Source of the DNA: Eledone cirrhosa
Taxonomy: Eukaryota
Assembly: GCA_964016885.1 (NCBI GenBank)
Contig: OZ024744.1
Coordinates: 27,032,001 to 27,096,000 of the forward strand
DNA length: 64,000 bases
Reading direction: 5' to 3'
Shown: one piece after another, positions 49,550 through 63,540 of the stretch
Position numbering within the stretch: the stretch's first letter is position 1
Layout: each line of letters begins with the position of its first letter
Made by a program: the position numbers and the translations under genes
Notes under the pieces: generated by a model
Seen by the model: only the letters and a program-made list of their open reading frames with translations
Database searches by the model: none
What the model was told of the DNA's origin: nothing

Positions 49550-52500
49550 ACCAGAAGTCTCCACTGTTACGGCTAGGCATCTCACTTCATGTGGTGGTAA
49601 GAAGGGAGGTAACCTTAGGGCCAAGGACACCAGAAGTCTCCACTGCTACGGCTAGGCATCTCAGTGCATGTGGTGGTAAGAAGGGAGATAACCTTAGGGC
49701 CAGGGACACCAGAAGTCACCACTGCTACGGCTAGGCATCTCAGTGCATGTTGTGGTAAGAGGGAGGTAACCTTAGGGCCAGGGACACCAGAAGTCTCCAC
49801 TGTTACGGCTAGGCATCTCAGTGCATGTGGTGGTAAGAGGGAGGTAACCTTAGGGCCAGGGACACCAGAAGTATCCACTGTTACGGCTAGGCATCTCAGT
49901 GCATGTGGTGGTAAGAAGGGAGGTAACCTTAGGCCAAGGACACCAGAAGTCACCACTGCTACGGCTAGGCATCTCAGTGCATCTGGTGGTAAGAAGGGAG
50001 GTAACCTTATGGCCAGGGACACCAGATGTCTACACTGTTACGGCTAGGCATGTCAGTGCATGTGGTGGTAAGGAGGGAGATAACCTTAGGGCCAAGGACA
50101 CCAGAAGTCTCCACTGTTACGGCTAGGCATCTCAGTGCATGTGGTGGTAAGAAGGGAGGTAACCTTAGGGCCAGGGACACCAGAAGTCTCCACTGTTACG
50201 GCTAGGCATCTCAGTGCATGTGGTGGTAAGAAGGGAAGGAACCTTAGGGCCAGGGACACCAGAAGTCTCCACTGCTACGGCTAGGCATCTCAGTGCATGG
50301 GGTGGTAAGAAGGGAAGGAACCTTAGGGCCAGGGACACCAGAAGTCTCCACTGTTACGGCTAGGCATCTCAGTGCATGTGGTGGTAAGAAGGGAGGGAAC
50401 CTTAGGGCCAGGGACACCAGAAGTCTCCACTGTTACGGCTAGGCATCTCAGTGCATGTGGTGGTAAGAAGGGAGGTAACCTTAGGGCCAGGGACACCAGA
50501 AGTGTCCACTGCTACGGCTAGGCATCTCAGTGCATGTGGTGGTAAGAAGGGAGGTAACCTTAGGGCCAGGGACACCAGAAGTCTCCAGTGTTACGGCTAG
50601 GCATGTCAGTGCATGTGGTGGTAAGAAGGGAGGTAACCTTAGGGCCAGGGACACCAGAAGTCTCCAATGTTACGGCTAGGCATCTCAGTGCATGTGGTGG
50701 TAAGAAGGGAAGGAACCTTAGGGCCAGGGACACCAGAAGTCTCCACTGCTACGGCTAGGCATCTCAGTTCATGTGGTGGTAAGAAGGGAAGGAATCTTAG
50801 GGCCAGGGACACCAGAAGTCTCCACTGTTACGGCTAGGCATCTCAGTTCATGTGGTGGTAAGAAGGGAGGTAACCTTAGGGCCAGGGACACCAGAGGTCT
50901 CCACTGTTACGGCTAGGCATCTCAGTGCATGTGGTGGTAAGAAGGGAGGTAACCTTAGGGCCAGGGACACCAGAAGTGTCCACTGCTACGGCTAGGCATC
51001 TCAGTGCATGTGGTGGTAAGTATGGTGGTAACATTAGGGCCAGGGACACCAGAAGTCTCCAGTGTTCCGGCTAGGCATCTCAGTGCATGTGGTGGTAAGA
51101 AGGGAGATAACCTTAGGGTCAAGGACACCAGAAGTCTCCACAGCTACGGCTAGGCATCTCAGTGCATGTGGTGGTAAGAAGGGAGGTAACCTTAGGGCCA
51201 AGGACACTAGAAGTCTCCACTGCTACGGCTAGGCATCTCAGTGCATGTGGTGGTAAGAAGGGAAGTAACCTTAGGGCCAGGGACACCAGAAGTCTCCACT
51301 GTTACGTCTAGGCATCTCAGTGCATGTGGTGATAAGAAGGGAGGGAACCTTAGGGTCAGGGACACCAGAAGTCTCCACTGTTACGGCTAGGCATCTCAGT
51401 GCATGTGGTGGTTAGAAGGGAGGTAACCTTAGGGCCAAGGACACCAGAAGTCTCCACTGCTACGGCTAGGCATCTCAGTGCATGTGGTAGTAAGAAGGGA
51501 GGTAACCTTAGGGCCAGGGACAGCAGAAGTCTCCACTGCTACGGCTAGGCATCTCAGTGCATGTGGTGGTAAGAAGGGAGGTAACCTTAGGGCCAGGGAC
51601 ACCAGAAGTCTACACTGTTACGGCTAGGCATATCAGTGCATGTGGTGGTAAGAAGGGAGGTAACCTTAGCGCCAGGGACACCAGAAGACTCCACTGTTAC
51701 GGCTAGGCATCTCAGTGCATGTGGTGGTATGAAGGGAGGTAACCTTAGGGCCAGGGACACCAGAAGTCTCCACTGTTACGGCTAGGCATCTCACTTCATG
51801 TGGTGGTAAGAAGGGAGGTAAAGCTTAGGGCCAAGGACACCAGAAGTCTCCACTGCTACGGCTAGGCATCTCAGTGCATGTGGTGGTAAGAAGGCAGGTA
51901 AACTTAGGGCCAGGGCCAGCAGAAGTCTCCACTGTTACGGCTAGGCATCTCAGTGCATGTGGTGGTAAGAAGGCAGGTAAAGCTTAGGGCCAAGGACACC
52001 AGAAGTCTCCACTGTTACGGCTAGGCATCTCACTTCATGTGGTGGTAAGAAGGGAGGTAACCTTAGGGCCAGGGACACCAGAAGTCTACACTGTTACGGC
52101 TAGGCATATCAGTGCATGTGGTGGTAAGAGGGAGGTAACCTTAGGGCCAGGGACACCAGAAGTCTCCACTGTTACGGCTAGGGATCTCAGTGCATGTGGT
52201 GGTAATAGGGAGGTAACCTTAGGGCCAGGGACACCCGAAGTCTCCACTGTTACGGCTAGGCATCTCAGTGCATGTGGTGGTAAAAAGGGAGGTAACCTTA
52301 GGGCCAAGAACACCAGAAGTCTCCACTCTTACGGCTAGGCATGTCAGTGCATGTGGTGGTAAGGAGGGAGATAACCTTAGGGCCAAGGACACCAGAAGTC
52401 TCCACTCTTACGGCTAGGCATCTCAGTGCATGTGGTGGTAAGAAGGGAGGTAACCTTAGGGCCACGGACACCAGAAGTCTCCACTCTTACGGCTAGGCAT

Positions 52501-55500
52501 CTCAGTGCATGTGGTGGTAAGAAGGGAGGTAACCTTAGGGCCAAGGACACCAGAAGACTCCAGTATTACGGCTAGGCATCTCAGTGCATGTGGTGGTAAG
52601 GAGGGAGATAACCTTAGGGCCAAGGACACCAGAAGTCTCCACTGTTACGGTTAGTCATCTCAGTGCATGTGGTGGTAAGAAGGAAGTAACCTTAGGGCCA
52701 GGGACACCAGAAGTCTCCACTGTTACGGCTAGGCATCTCACTTCATGTGGTGGTAAGAAGGGAGGTAACCTTAGGGCCAAGGACACCAGAAGTCTCCACT
52801 GCTACGGCTAGGCATCTCAGTGCATGTGGTGGTAAGAAGGGAGGTAACCTTAGGGCCAGGGACACCAGAAGTCACCACTGCTACGGCTAGGCATCTCAGT
52901 GCATGTTGTGGTAAGAGGGAGGTAACCTTAGGGCCAGGGACACCAGAAGTCTCCACTGTTACGGCTAGGCATCTCAGTGCATGTGGTGGTAAGAGGGAGG
53001 TAACCTTAGGGCCAGGGACACCAGAAGTATCCACTGTTACGGCTAGGCATCTCAGTGCATGTGGTGGTAAGAAGGGAGGTAACCTTAGGCCAAGGACACC
53101 AGAAGTCACCACTGCTACGGCTAGGCATCTCAGTGCATCTGGTGGTAAGAAGGGAGGTAACCTTAGGGCCAGGGACACCAGAAGTCTACACTGTTACGGC
53201 TAGGCATGTCAGTGCATGTGGTGGTAAGGAGGGAGATAACCTTAGGGCCAAGGACACCAGAAGTCTCCACTGTTACGGCTAGGCATCTCAGTGCATGTGG
53301 TGGTAAGAAGGGAGGTAACCTTAGGGCCAGGGACACCAGAAGTCTCCACTGTTACGGCTAGGCATCTCAGTGCATGTGGTGGTAAGAAGGGAAGGAACCT
53401 TAGGGCCAGGGACACCAGAAGTCTCCACTGCTACGGCTAGGCATCTCAGTGCATGGGGTGGTAAGAAGGGAAGGAACCTTAGGGCCAGGGACACCAGAAG
53501 TCTCCACTGTTACGGCTAGGCATCTCAGTGCATGTGGTGGTAAGAAGGGAGGGAACCTTAGGGCCAGGGACACCAGAAGTCTCCACTGTTACGGCTAGGC
53601 ATCTCAGTGCATGTGGTGGTAAGAAGGGAGGTAACCTTAGGGCCAGGGACACCAGAAGTGTCCACTGCTACGGCTAGGCATCTCAGTGCATGTGGTGGTA
53701 AGAAGGGAGGTAACCTTAGGGCCAGGGACACCAGAAGTCTCCAGTGTTACGGCTAGGCATGTCAGTGCATGTGGTGGTAAGAAGGGAGGTAACCTTAGGG
53801 CCAGGGACACCAGAAGTCTCCAATGTTACGGCTAGGCATCTCAGTGCATGTGGTGGTAAGAAGGGAAGGAACCTTAGGGCCAGGGACACCAGAAGTCTCC
53901 ACTGCTACGGCTAGGCATCTCAGTTCATGTGGTGGTAAGAAGGGAAGGAACCTTAGGGCCAGGGACACCAGAAGTCTCCACTGTTACGGCTAGGCATCTC
54001 AGTTCATGTGGTGGTAAGAAGGGAGGTAACCTTAGGGCCAGGGACACCAGAAGTCTCCACTGTTACGGCTAGGCATCTCAGTGCATGTGGTGGTAAGAAG
54101 GGAGGTAACCTTAGGGCCAGGGACACCAGAAGTGTCCACTGCTACGGCTAGGCATCTCAGTGCATGTGGTGGTAAGTATGGTGGTAACATTAGGGCCAGG
54201 GACACCAGAAGTCTCCAGTGTTCCGGCTAGGCATCTCAGTGCATGTGGTGGTAAGAAGGGAGATAACCTTAGGGTCAAGGACACCAGAAGTCTCCACAGC
54301 TACGGCTAGGCATCTCAGTGCATGTGGTGGTAAGAAGGGAGGTAACCTTAGGGCCAAGGACACTAGAAGTCTCCACTGCTACGGCTAGGCATCTCAGTGC
54401 ATGTGGTGGTAAGAAGGGAGGTAACCTTAGGGCCAGGGACACCAGAAGTCACCACTGCTACGGCTAGGCATCTCAGTGCATGTTGTGGTAAGAGGGAGGT
54501 AACCTTAGGGCCAGGGACACCAGAAGTCTCCACTGTTACGGCTAGGCATCTCAGTGCATGTGGTGGTAAGAGGGAGGTAACCTTAGGGCCAGGGACACCA
54601 GAAGTATCCACTGTTACGGCTAGGCATCTCAGTGCATGTGGTGGTAAGAAGGGAGGTAACCTTAGGCCAAGGACACCAGAAGTCACCACTGCTACGGCTA
54701 GGCATCTCAGTGCATCTGGTGGTAAGAAGGGAGGTAACCTTAGGGCCAGGGACACCAGAAGTCTACACTGTTACGGCTAGGCATGTCAGTGCATGTGGTG
54801 GTAAGGAGGGAGATAACCTTAGGGCCAAGGACACCAGAAGTCTCCACTGTTACGGCTAGGCATCTCAGTGCATGTGGTGGTAAGAAGGGAGGTAACCTTA
54901 GGGCCAGGGACACCAGAAGTCTCCACTGTTACGGCTAGGCATCTCAGTGCATGTGGTGGTAAGAAGGGAAGGAACCTTAGGGCCAGGGACACCAGAAGTC
55001 TCCACTGCTACGGCTAGGCATCTCAGTGCATGGGGTGGTAAGAAGGGAAGGAACCTTAGGGCCAGGGACACCAGAAGTCTCCACTGTTACGGCTAGGCAT
55101 CTCAGTGCATGTGGTGGTAAGAAGGGAGGGAACCTTAGGGCCAGGGACACCAGAAGTCTCCACTGTTACGGCTAGGCATCTCAGTGCATGTGGTGGTAAG
55201 AAGGGAGGTAACCTTAGGGCCAGGGACACCAGAAGTGTCCACTGCTACGGCTAGGCATCTCAGTGCATGTGGTGGTAAGAAGGGAGGTAACCTTAGGGCC
55301 AGGGACACCAGAAGTCTCCAGTGTTACGGCTAGGCATGTCAGTGCATGTGGTGGTAAGAAGGGAGGTAACCTTAGGGCCAGGGACACCAGAAGTCTCCAA
55401 TGTTACGGCTAGGCATCTCAGTGCATGTGGTGGTAAGAAGGGAAGGAACCTTAGGGCCAGGGACACCAGAAGTCTCCACTGCTACGGCTAGGCATCTCAG

Positions 55501-57450
55501 TTCATGTGGTGGTAAGAAGGGAAGGAACCTTAGGGCCAGGGACACCAGAAGTCTCCACTGTTACGGCTAGGCATCTCAGTTCATGTGGTGGTAAGAAGGG
55601 AGGTAACCTTAGGGCCAGGGACACCAGAAGTCTCCACTGTTACGGCTAGGCATCTCAGTGCATGTGGTGGTAAGAAGGGAGGTAACCTTAGGGCCAGGGA
55701 CACCAGAAGTGTCCACTGCTACGGCTAGGCATCTCAGTGCATGTGGTGGTAAGTATGGTGGTAACATTAGGGCCAGGGACACCAGAAGTCTCCAGTGTTC
55801 CGGCTAGGCATCTCAGTGCATGTGGTGGTAAGAAGGGAGATAACCTTAGGGTCAAGGACACCAGAAGTCTCCACAGCTACGGCTAGGCATCTCAGTGCAT
55901 GTGGTGGTAAGAAGGGAGGTAACCTTAGGGCCAAGGACACTAGAAGTCTCCACTGCTACGGCTAGGCATCTCAGTGCATGTGGTGGTAAGAAGGGAAGTA
56001 ACCTTAGGGCCAGGGACACCAGAAGTCTCCACTGTTACGTCTAGGCATCTCAGTGCATGTGGTGATAAGAAGGGAGGGAACCTTAGGGTCAGGGACACCA
56101 GAAGTCTCCACTGTTACGGCTAGGCATCTCAGTGCATGTGGTGGTTAGAAGGGAGGTAACCTTAGGGCCAAGGACACCAGAAGTCTCCACTGCTACGGCT
56201 AGGCATCTCAGTGCATGTGGTAGTAAGAAGGGAGGTAACCTTAGGGCCAGGGACAGCAGAAGTCTCCACTGCTACGGCTAGGCATCTCAGTGCATGTGGT
56301 GGTAAGAAGGGAGGTAACCTTAGGGCCAGGGACACCAGAAGTCTACACTGTTACGGCTAGGCATATCAGTGCATGTGGTGGTAAGAAGGGAGGTAACCTT
56401 AGCGCCAGGGACACCAGAAGACTCCACTGTTACGGCTAGGCATCTCAGTGCATGTGGTGGTAAGAAGGGAGGTAACCTTAGGGCCAGGGACACCAGAAGT
56501 CTCCACTGTTACGGCTAGGCATCTCACTTCATGTGGTGGTAAGAAGGGAGGTAAAGCTTAGGGCCAAGGACACCAGAAGTCTCCACTGCTACGGCTAGGC
56601 ATCTCAGTGCATGTGGTGGTAAGAAGGCAGGTAAACTTAGGGCCAGGGCCAGCAGAAGTCTCCACTGTTACGGCTAGGCATCTCAGTGCATGTGGTGGTA
56701 AGAAGGCAGGTAAAGCTTAGGGCCAAGGACACCAGAAGTCTCCACTGTTACGGCTAGGCATCTCACTTCATGTGGTGGTAAGAAGGGAGGTAACCTTAGG
56801 GCCAGGGACACCAGAAGTCTACACTGTTACGGCTAGGCATATCAGTGCATGTGGTGGTAAGAGGGAGGTAACCTTAGGGCCAGGGACACCAGAAGTCTCC
56901 ACTGTTACGGCTAGGGATCTCAGTGCATGTGGTGGTAATAGGGAGGTAACCTTAGGGCCAGGGACACCCGAAGTCTCCACTGTTACGGCTAGGCATCTCA
57001 GTGCATGTGGTGGTAAAAAGGGAGGTAACCTTAGGGCCAAGGACACCAGAAGTCTCCACTCTTACGGCTAGGCATGTCAGTGCATGTGGTGGTAAGGAGG
57101 GAGATAACCTTAGGGCCAAGGACACCAGAAGTCTCCACTCTTACCGCTAGGCATCTCAGTGCATGTGGTGGTAAGAAGGGAGGTAACCTTAGGGCCACGG
57201 ACACCAGAAGTCTCCACTCTTACGGCTAGGCATCTCAGTGCATGTGGTGGTAAGAAGGGAGGTAACCTTAGGGCCAAGGACACCAGAAGACTCCAGTATT
57301 ACGGCTAGGCATCTCAGTGCATGTGGTGGTAAGGAGGGAGATAACCTTAGGGCCAAGGACACCAGAAGTCTCCACTGTTACGGTTAGTCATCTCAGTGCA
57401 TGTGGTGGTAAGAAGGAAGTAACCTTAGGGCCAGGGACACCAGAAGACTC
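49550..57450. repeat. 40-monomer HOR (3156 bp) with an internal 20-monomer (1577 bp) duplication
   Basis: ORF offsets are 49615/52771 = 3156, 52820/54397 = 1577 and 52039/56772 = 4733 (3156 + 1577). Paired AAGCTT sites lie at 51821/51980 and 56554/56713. Confidence 0.88.
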
Positions 57451-60189
57451 CACTGCTACGACTAGGCATCTCAGTGCATGTGGTGGTAAGGAGGGAGGTA
57501 ACCTTAGGGCCAAGGACACCAGAAGTGTCCACAGCTACGGCTAGGCATGTCAGTGCATGTGGTGGTAAGAAGGGAGGTAACCATAGGTCCAGGGACACCA
57601 GAAGTCTCCACTGCTACAGCTAGGCATCTCAGTTCATATGGTGGTAAGAAGGGAGGTAACCTTAGGGCCAGGGACACCAGAAGTCTCCACTGTTACGGCT
57701 AGGCATCTCAGTGCATGTGGTGATAAGAAGGGAGGGAACCTTAGGGTCAGGGACACCAGAAGTCTCCACTGTTACGGCTAGGCATCTCAGTGCATGTGGT
57801 GGTAAGAAGGGAGGTAACCTTAGGGCCAAGGACACCAGAAGTCTCCACTGTTACGGCTAGGCATCTCAGTGCATGTGGTGGTAAGAAGGGAGGTAACCTT
57901 AGGGCCAAGGTCACCAGAAGTCTCCACTGCTACGGCTAGGCATCTCAGTGCATGTGGTAGTAAGAAGGGAGGTAACCTTAGGGCCAGGGACAGCAGAAGT
58001 CTCCACTGCTACGGCTAGGCATCTCAGTGCATGTGGTGGTAAGAAGGGAGGTAACCTTAGGGCCAGGGACACCAGAAGTCTACACTGTTACGGCTAGGCA
58101 TATCAGTGCATGTGGTGGTAAGAAGGGAGGTAACCTTAGCGCCAGGGACACCAGAAGACTCCACTGTTACGGCTAGGCATCTCAGTGCATGTGGTGGTAA
58201 GAAGGGAGGTAACCTTAGGGCCAGGGACACCAGAAGTCTCCACTGTTACGGCTAGGCATCTCACTTCATGTGGTGGTAAGAAGGGAGGTAAAGCTTAGGG
58301 CCAAGGACACCAGAAGTCTCCACTGCTACGGCTAGGCATCTCACTTCATGTGGTGGTAAGAAGGGAGGTAACCTTAGGGCCAAGGACACCAGAAGTCACC
58401 ACTGTTACGGCTAGGCATCTCAGTGCATGTGGTGGTAAGAAGGGAGGTAACCTTAGGGACAGGGACACCAGAAGACTCCACTGTTACGGCTAGGAATCTC
58501 AGTGCATGTGGTGGTAAGAAGGGAGGTAACCTTAGGGCCAGGGACACCAGAAGACTCCACTGCTACGGCTAGGCATCTCAGTGCATGTGGTGGTAAGAAG
58601 GGAGGTAACCTTAGGGCCAAGGACACCAGAAGTCTCCACTGTTACGGCTAGGCATGTCAGTGCATGTGGTGGTAAGAAGGGAGGGAACCTTAGGGCCAGG
58701 GACACCAGAAGTCCCCACTGTTACGGCTAGGCATCTCAGTGCATGTGGTGGTAAGAAGGGAGGTAACCTTAGGGCCTGGGACACCAGAAGTGTCCACTGA
58801 TGCGGCTAGGCATCTCAGTGCATGTGGTGGTAAGAAGGGAGGTAACCTTAGGGTCAGGGACACCAGAAGTCTCCAGTGTTACTGCTAGGCATCTCAGTGC
58901 ATGTGGTGGTAAGAAGGGAAGGAACCTTAGGGCCAGGGACACCAGAAGACTCCACTGTTACAGCTAGGCATCTCAGTGCATGTGGTGGTAAGAAGGGAGG
59001 TAACCTTAGGGCCAGGGACACCAGAAGTCTCCACTGTTACGGCTAGGCATGTCAGTGCATGTGGTGGTAAGAGGGAGGTAACCTTAGGGCCAGGGACACC
59101 ATAAGTCTCCACTGTTACGGCTAGGCATCTCAGTGCATGTGGTGGTAAGAAGGGAGGTAACCTTAGGCCAAGGACACCAGAAGTGACCACTGCTACGGCT
59201 AGGCATTTCAGTGCATCTGGTGGTAAGAAGGGAGGTAACCTTAGGGCCAAGGACACCAGAAGTCTCCACTGTTACGGCTAGGCATGTCAGTGCATGTGGT
59301 GGTAAGGAGGGAGATAATCTTAGGGCCAAGGACACCAGAAGTCTCCACTGTTACGGCTAGGCATCTCAGTGCATGTGGTGGTAAGAGGGAGGTAACCTTA
59401 GGGCCAGGGACACCAGAAGTCTCCACTATTACGGCTAGGCATCTCAGTGCATGTGGTGGTAAGAAGGGAGGTAACCTTAGGCCAAGGACACCAAAAGTCA
59501 CCACTGCTACGGCTAGGCATCTCAGTGCATGTGGTGGTAAGAAGGGTAGGAACCTTAGGGCCAAGGACACCAGAAGTCTCCACTGTTACGGCTAGGCATC
59601 TCAGTGCATGTGGTGGTAAGAAGGGAAGGAATCTTAGGGCCAGGGACACCAGAAGTCTCCACTGTTACGGCTAGGCATCTCAGTGCATGTGGTGGTAAGA
59701 AGGGAGGTAACCTTAGGTCCAAGGACACCAGAAGTCTCAACTGCTACGGCTAGGCATCTCAGTGCATGTGGTGGTAAGAAGGGAGGTAATCTTAGGGCCA
59801 GGGACAGCAGAAATCTCCACTGCTACGGCTAGGCATCTCAGTGCATGTGGTGGTAAGAAGGGAGGTAACCTTAGGGCCAGGGACACCAGAAGTCTACATT
59901 GTTACGGCTATGCATATCAGTGCATGTGGTGGTAAGTAGGGAGGTAACCTTAGGGCCAGGGACACCAGAAGACTCCACTGTTACGGCTAGGCATCTCAGT
60001 GCATGTGGTGGTAAGAAGGGAGGTAACCTTAGGGCCAGGGACACCAGAAGTCTCCACTGTTACGGCTAGGCATCTCACTTCATGTGGTGGTAAGAAGGGA
60101 GGTAACCTTAGGGCCAAGGACACCAGAAGTCTCCACTGCTACGGCTAGGCATCTCAGTGCATGTGGTGGTAAAGAGGGAGGTAACCTTA

Positions 60190-63100
60190 GGGCCAAGGAC
60201 ACCAGAAGTCACCACTGCTACGGCTAGGCATCTCAGTGCATGTGGTGGTAAGAAGGGAGGTAACCTTAGGGCCAGAGACACCAGAAGACTCCACTGTTAC
60301 GGCTAGGAATCTCAGATCATGTGGTGGTAAGAGGGAGGTAACCTTAGGGCCAGGGACACCAGAAGTCTCCACTGTTACGGCTAGGCATCTCAGTGCATGT
60401 GGTGGTAAGAAGGGAGGTAACCTTAGGCCAAGGACACCAGAAGTCACCACTGCTACGGCTAGGCATCTCAGTGCATGTGGTGGTAAGAAGGGAGGTAACC
60501 TTAAGGCCAAGGACACCAGAAGTCTCCACTGTTACGGCTAGGAATGTCAGTGCATGTGGTGGTAAGGAGGGAGATAGCCTTAGGGCCAAGGACACAAGAA
60601 GTCTCCACTGTTACGGCTAGGCATCTCAGTGCTTGTGGTGGTCAGAAGGGAGGTAACCTTAGGGCCAGGGACACCAGAAGTCTCCACTGTTACGGCTAGG
60701 CATCTCAGTGCATGTGGTGGTAAGGAGGGAGATAACCTTAGGGCCAGGGACACCAGAAGACTCCACTGTTACGGCTAGGCATCTCAGTGCATGTGGTGGT
60801 AAAGAAGGAGGTAACCTTAGGGCCAGGGACACCAGACGTCTCCACTGCTACGGCTAGGTATCTCAGTGCATGTGGTGGTAAGAAGGGAGGTAACCTTAGG
60901 TCCAGGGACACCAGAAGTCTCCACTGCTACGGCTAGGCATCTCAGTTCATATGGTGGTAAGAAGGGAGGTAACCTTAGGGCCAGGGACAGGAGAAATCTC
61001 TACTGCTACGGCTAGGCATCTCAGTGCATGTGGTGGTAAGAGGGAGGTAACCTTAGGGCCAGGGACGCCAGAAGTCTCCACTGTTACGGCTAGGCATCTC
61101 AGTGCATGTGGTGGTAAGAGGGAGGTAACCTTAGGGCCAGGGACACCAGAAGTCTCCACTGTTACGGCTAGGAATCTCAGTGCATGTGGTGGTAAGAAGG
61201 GAGGTAACCTTAGGCCAAGGACACCAGAAGTCACCACTGCTACGGCTAGGCATCTCAGTGCACCTGGTGGTAAGAAGGGAGGTAACCTTAGGGCCAATGA
61301 CACCAGAAGTCTCCACTGTTACGGCTAGGCATCTCAGTGCATGTGGTGGTAAGGAGGGAGATAACCTTAGGGCCAAGGACACAAGAAGTCTCCACTGTTA
61401 CGGCTAGGCATCTCAGTGCATGTGGTGGTAAGAAGGGGGGTAACCTTAGGGCCAGGGACACCAGCAGTCTCCACTGTTACGGCGAGGCATCTCAGTGCAT
61501 GTTGTGGTAAGGAGGGAGATAACCTTAGGGCCAAGGACACCAGAAGTCTCCACTGTTACGGCTAGGCATCTCAGTGCATGTGGTGGTAAGAAGGGAGGTA
61601 ACCTTAGGTCCAGGGACACCAGAAGTCTCCACTGCTACGGCTAGGCATCTCAGTTCATATGGTGTTTAGAAGGGAGGTAACCTTAGGGCCAGGGACAACA
61701 GAAGTCTCCACTGTTACGGCTAGGCATCTCAGTGCATGTGGTGGTAAGAAGGGAGGTAACCTTAGGGCCAAGGACACCAGAAGTCTCCACTGCTACGGCT
61801 AGGCATCTCTGTGCATGTGGTGGTAAGAAGGGAGGTAACCTTAGGGCCAGGGACAGCAGAAGTCTCCACTGCTACGGATAGGCATCTCAGTGCATGTGGT
61901 GGTAAGAAGGGAGGTAACCTTAGGGCCAGGAACACCAGAAGTCTACACTGTTACGGCTAGGCATATCAGTGCATGCGGTGGTAAGAATGGAGGTAACCTT
62001 AGCGCCAGGGACACCAGAAGTCTCCACTGTTACGGCTAGGCATGTCAGTGCGTGTGGTGGTAAGGAGGGAGGTAACCTTAGGGCCAAGGACACCAGAAGT
62101 CTCCACTGTTACGGCTAGGCATGTCAGTGCATGTGTTGGTAAGAAGGGAGGTAACCTTAGGGCCAGGGACACCAGAAGTGTCCACTGCTACGGCTAGGCA
62201 TCTCAGTGCATGTGGTGGTAAGAAGGGAGGTAACTTTAGGGCCAGGGACACCAGAAGTCTCCAGTGTTACGGCTAGGCATCTCAGTGCATGTGGTGGTAA
62301 GAAGGGAGGTAACCTTAGGGCCAATGACACCAGAAGTCTCCACAGCTACGGCTAGGCATCTCAGTGCATGTGGTGGTAAGAAGGGAGGTAACCTTAGGGC
62401 CAAGGACACCAGAAGTCTCCACTGCTACGGCTAGGCATCTCAGTGCATGTGGTGGTAAGAAGGGAGGTAACCTTAGGGCCAGAGACACCAGAAGACTCCA
62501 CTGTTACGGCTAGGAATCTCAGATCATGTGGTGGTAAGAGGGAGGTAACCTTAGGGCCAGGGACACCAGAAGTCTCCACTGTTACGGCTAGGCATCTCAG
62601 TGCATGTGGTGGTAAGAAGGGAGGTAACCTTAGGCCAAGGACACCAGAAGTCACCACTGCTACGGCTAGGCATCTCAGTGCATGTGGTGGTAAGAAGGGA
62701 GGTAACCTTAAGGCCAAGGACACCAGAAGTCTCCACTGTTACGGCTAGGAATGTCAGTGCATGTGGTGGTAAGGAGGGAGATAGCCTTAGGGCCAAGGAC
62801 ACAAGAAGTCTCCACTGTTACGGCTAGGCATCTCAGTGCTTGTGGTGGTCAGAAGGGAGGTAACCTTAGGGCCAGGGACACCAGAAGTCTCCACTGTTAC
62901 GGCTAGGCATCTCAGTGCATGTGGTGGTAAGGAGGGAGATAACCTTAGGGCCAGGGACACCAGAAGACTCCACTGTTACGGCTAGGCATCTCAGTGCATG
63001 TGGTGGTAAAGAAGGAGGTAACCTTAGGGCCAGGGACACCAGACGTCTCCACTGCTACGGCTAGGTATCTCAGTGCATGTGGTGGTAAGAAGGGAGGTAA

Positions 63101-63540
63101 CCTTAGGTCCAGGGACACCAGAAGTCTCCACTGCTACGGCTAGGCATCTCAGTTCATATGGTGGTAAGAAGGGAGGTAACCTTAGGGCCAGGGACAGGAG
63201 AAATCTCTACTGCTACGGCTAGGCATCTCAGTGCATGTGGTGGTAAGAGGGAGGTAACCTTAGGGCCAGGGACGCCAGAAGTCTCCACTGTTACGGCTAG
63301 GCATCTCAGTGCATGTGGTGGTAAGAGGGAGGTAACCTTAGGGCCAGGGACACCAGAAGTCTCCACTGTTACGGCTAGGAATCTCAGTGCATGTGGTGGT
63401 AAGAAGGGAGGTAACCTTAGGCCAAGGACACCAGAAGTCACCACTGCTACGGCTAGGCATCTCAGTGCACCTGGTGGTAAGAAGGGAGGTAACCTTAGGG
63501 CCAATGACACCAGAAGTCTCCACTGTTACGGCTAGGCATC
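60190..63540. repeat. 28-monomer period (2207 bp) in a more diverged domain; the second copy is truncated at about 63540
   Basis: Private variants (CTCAGATCAT, GAGATAGCC, GACACAAGAA, GGACAGGAGAAATCTCTACT, GCACCTGG) repeat at a 2207-bp offset (28x79 - 5). ORF pairs 60187/62394 and 60947/63154 agree. Confidence 0.88.
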
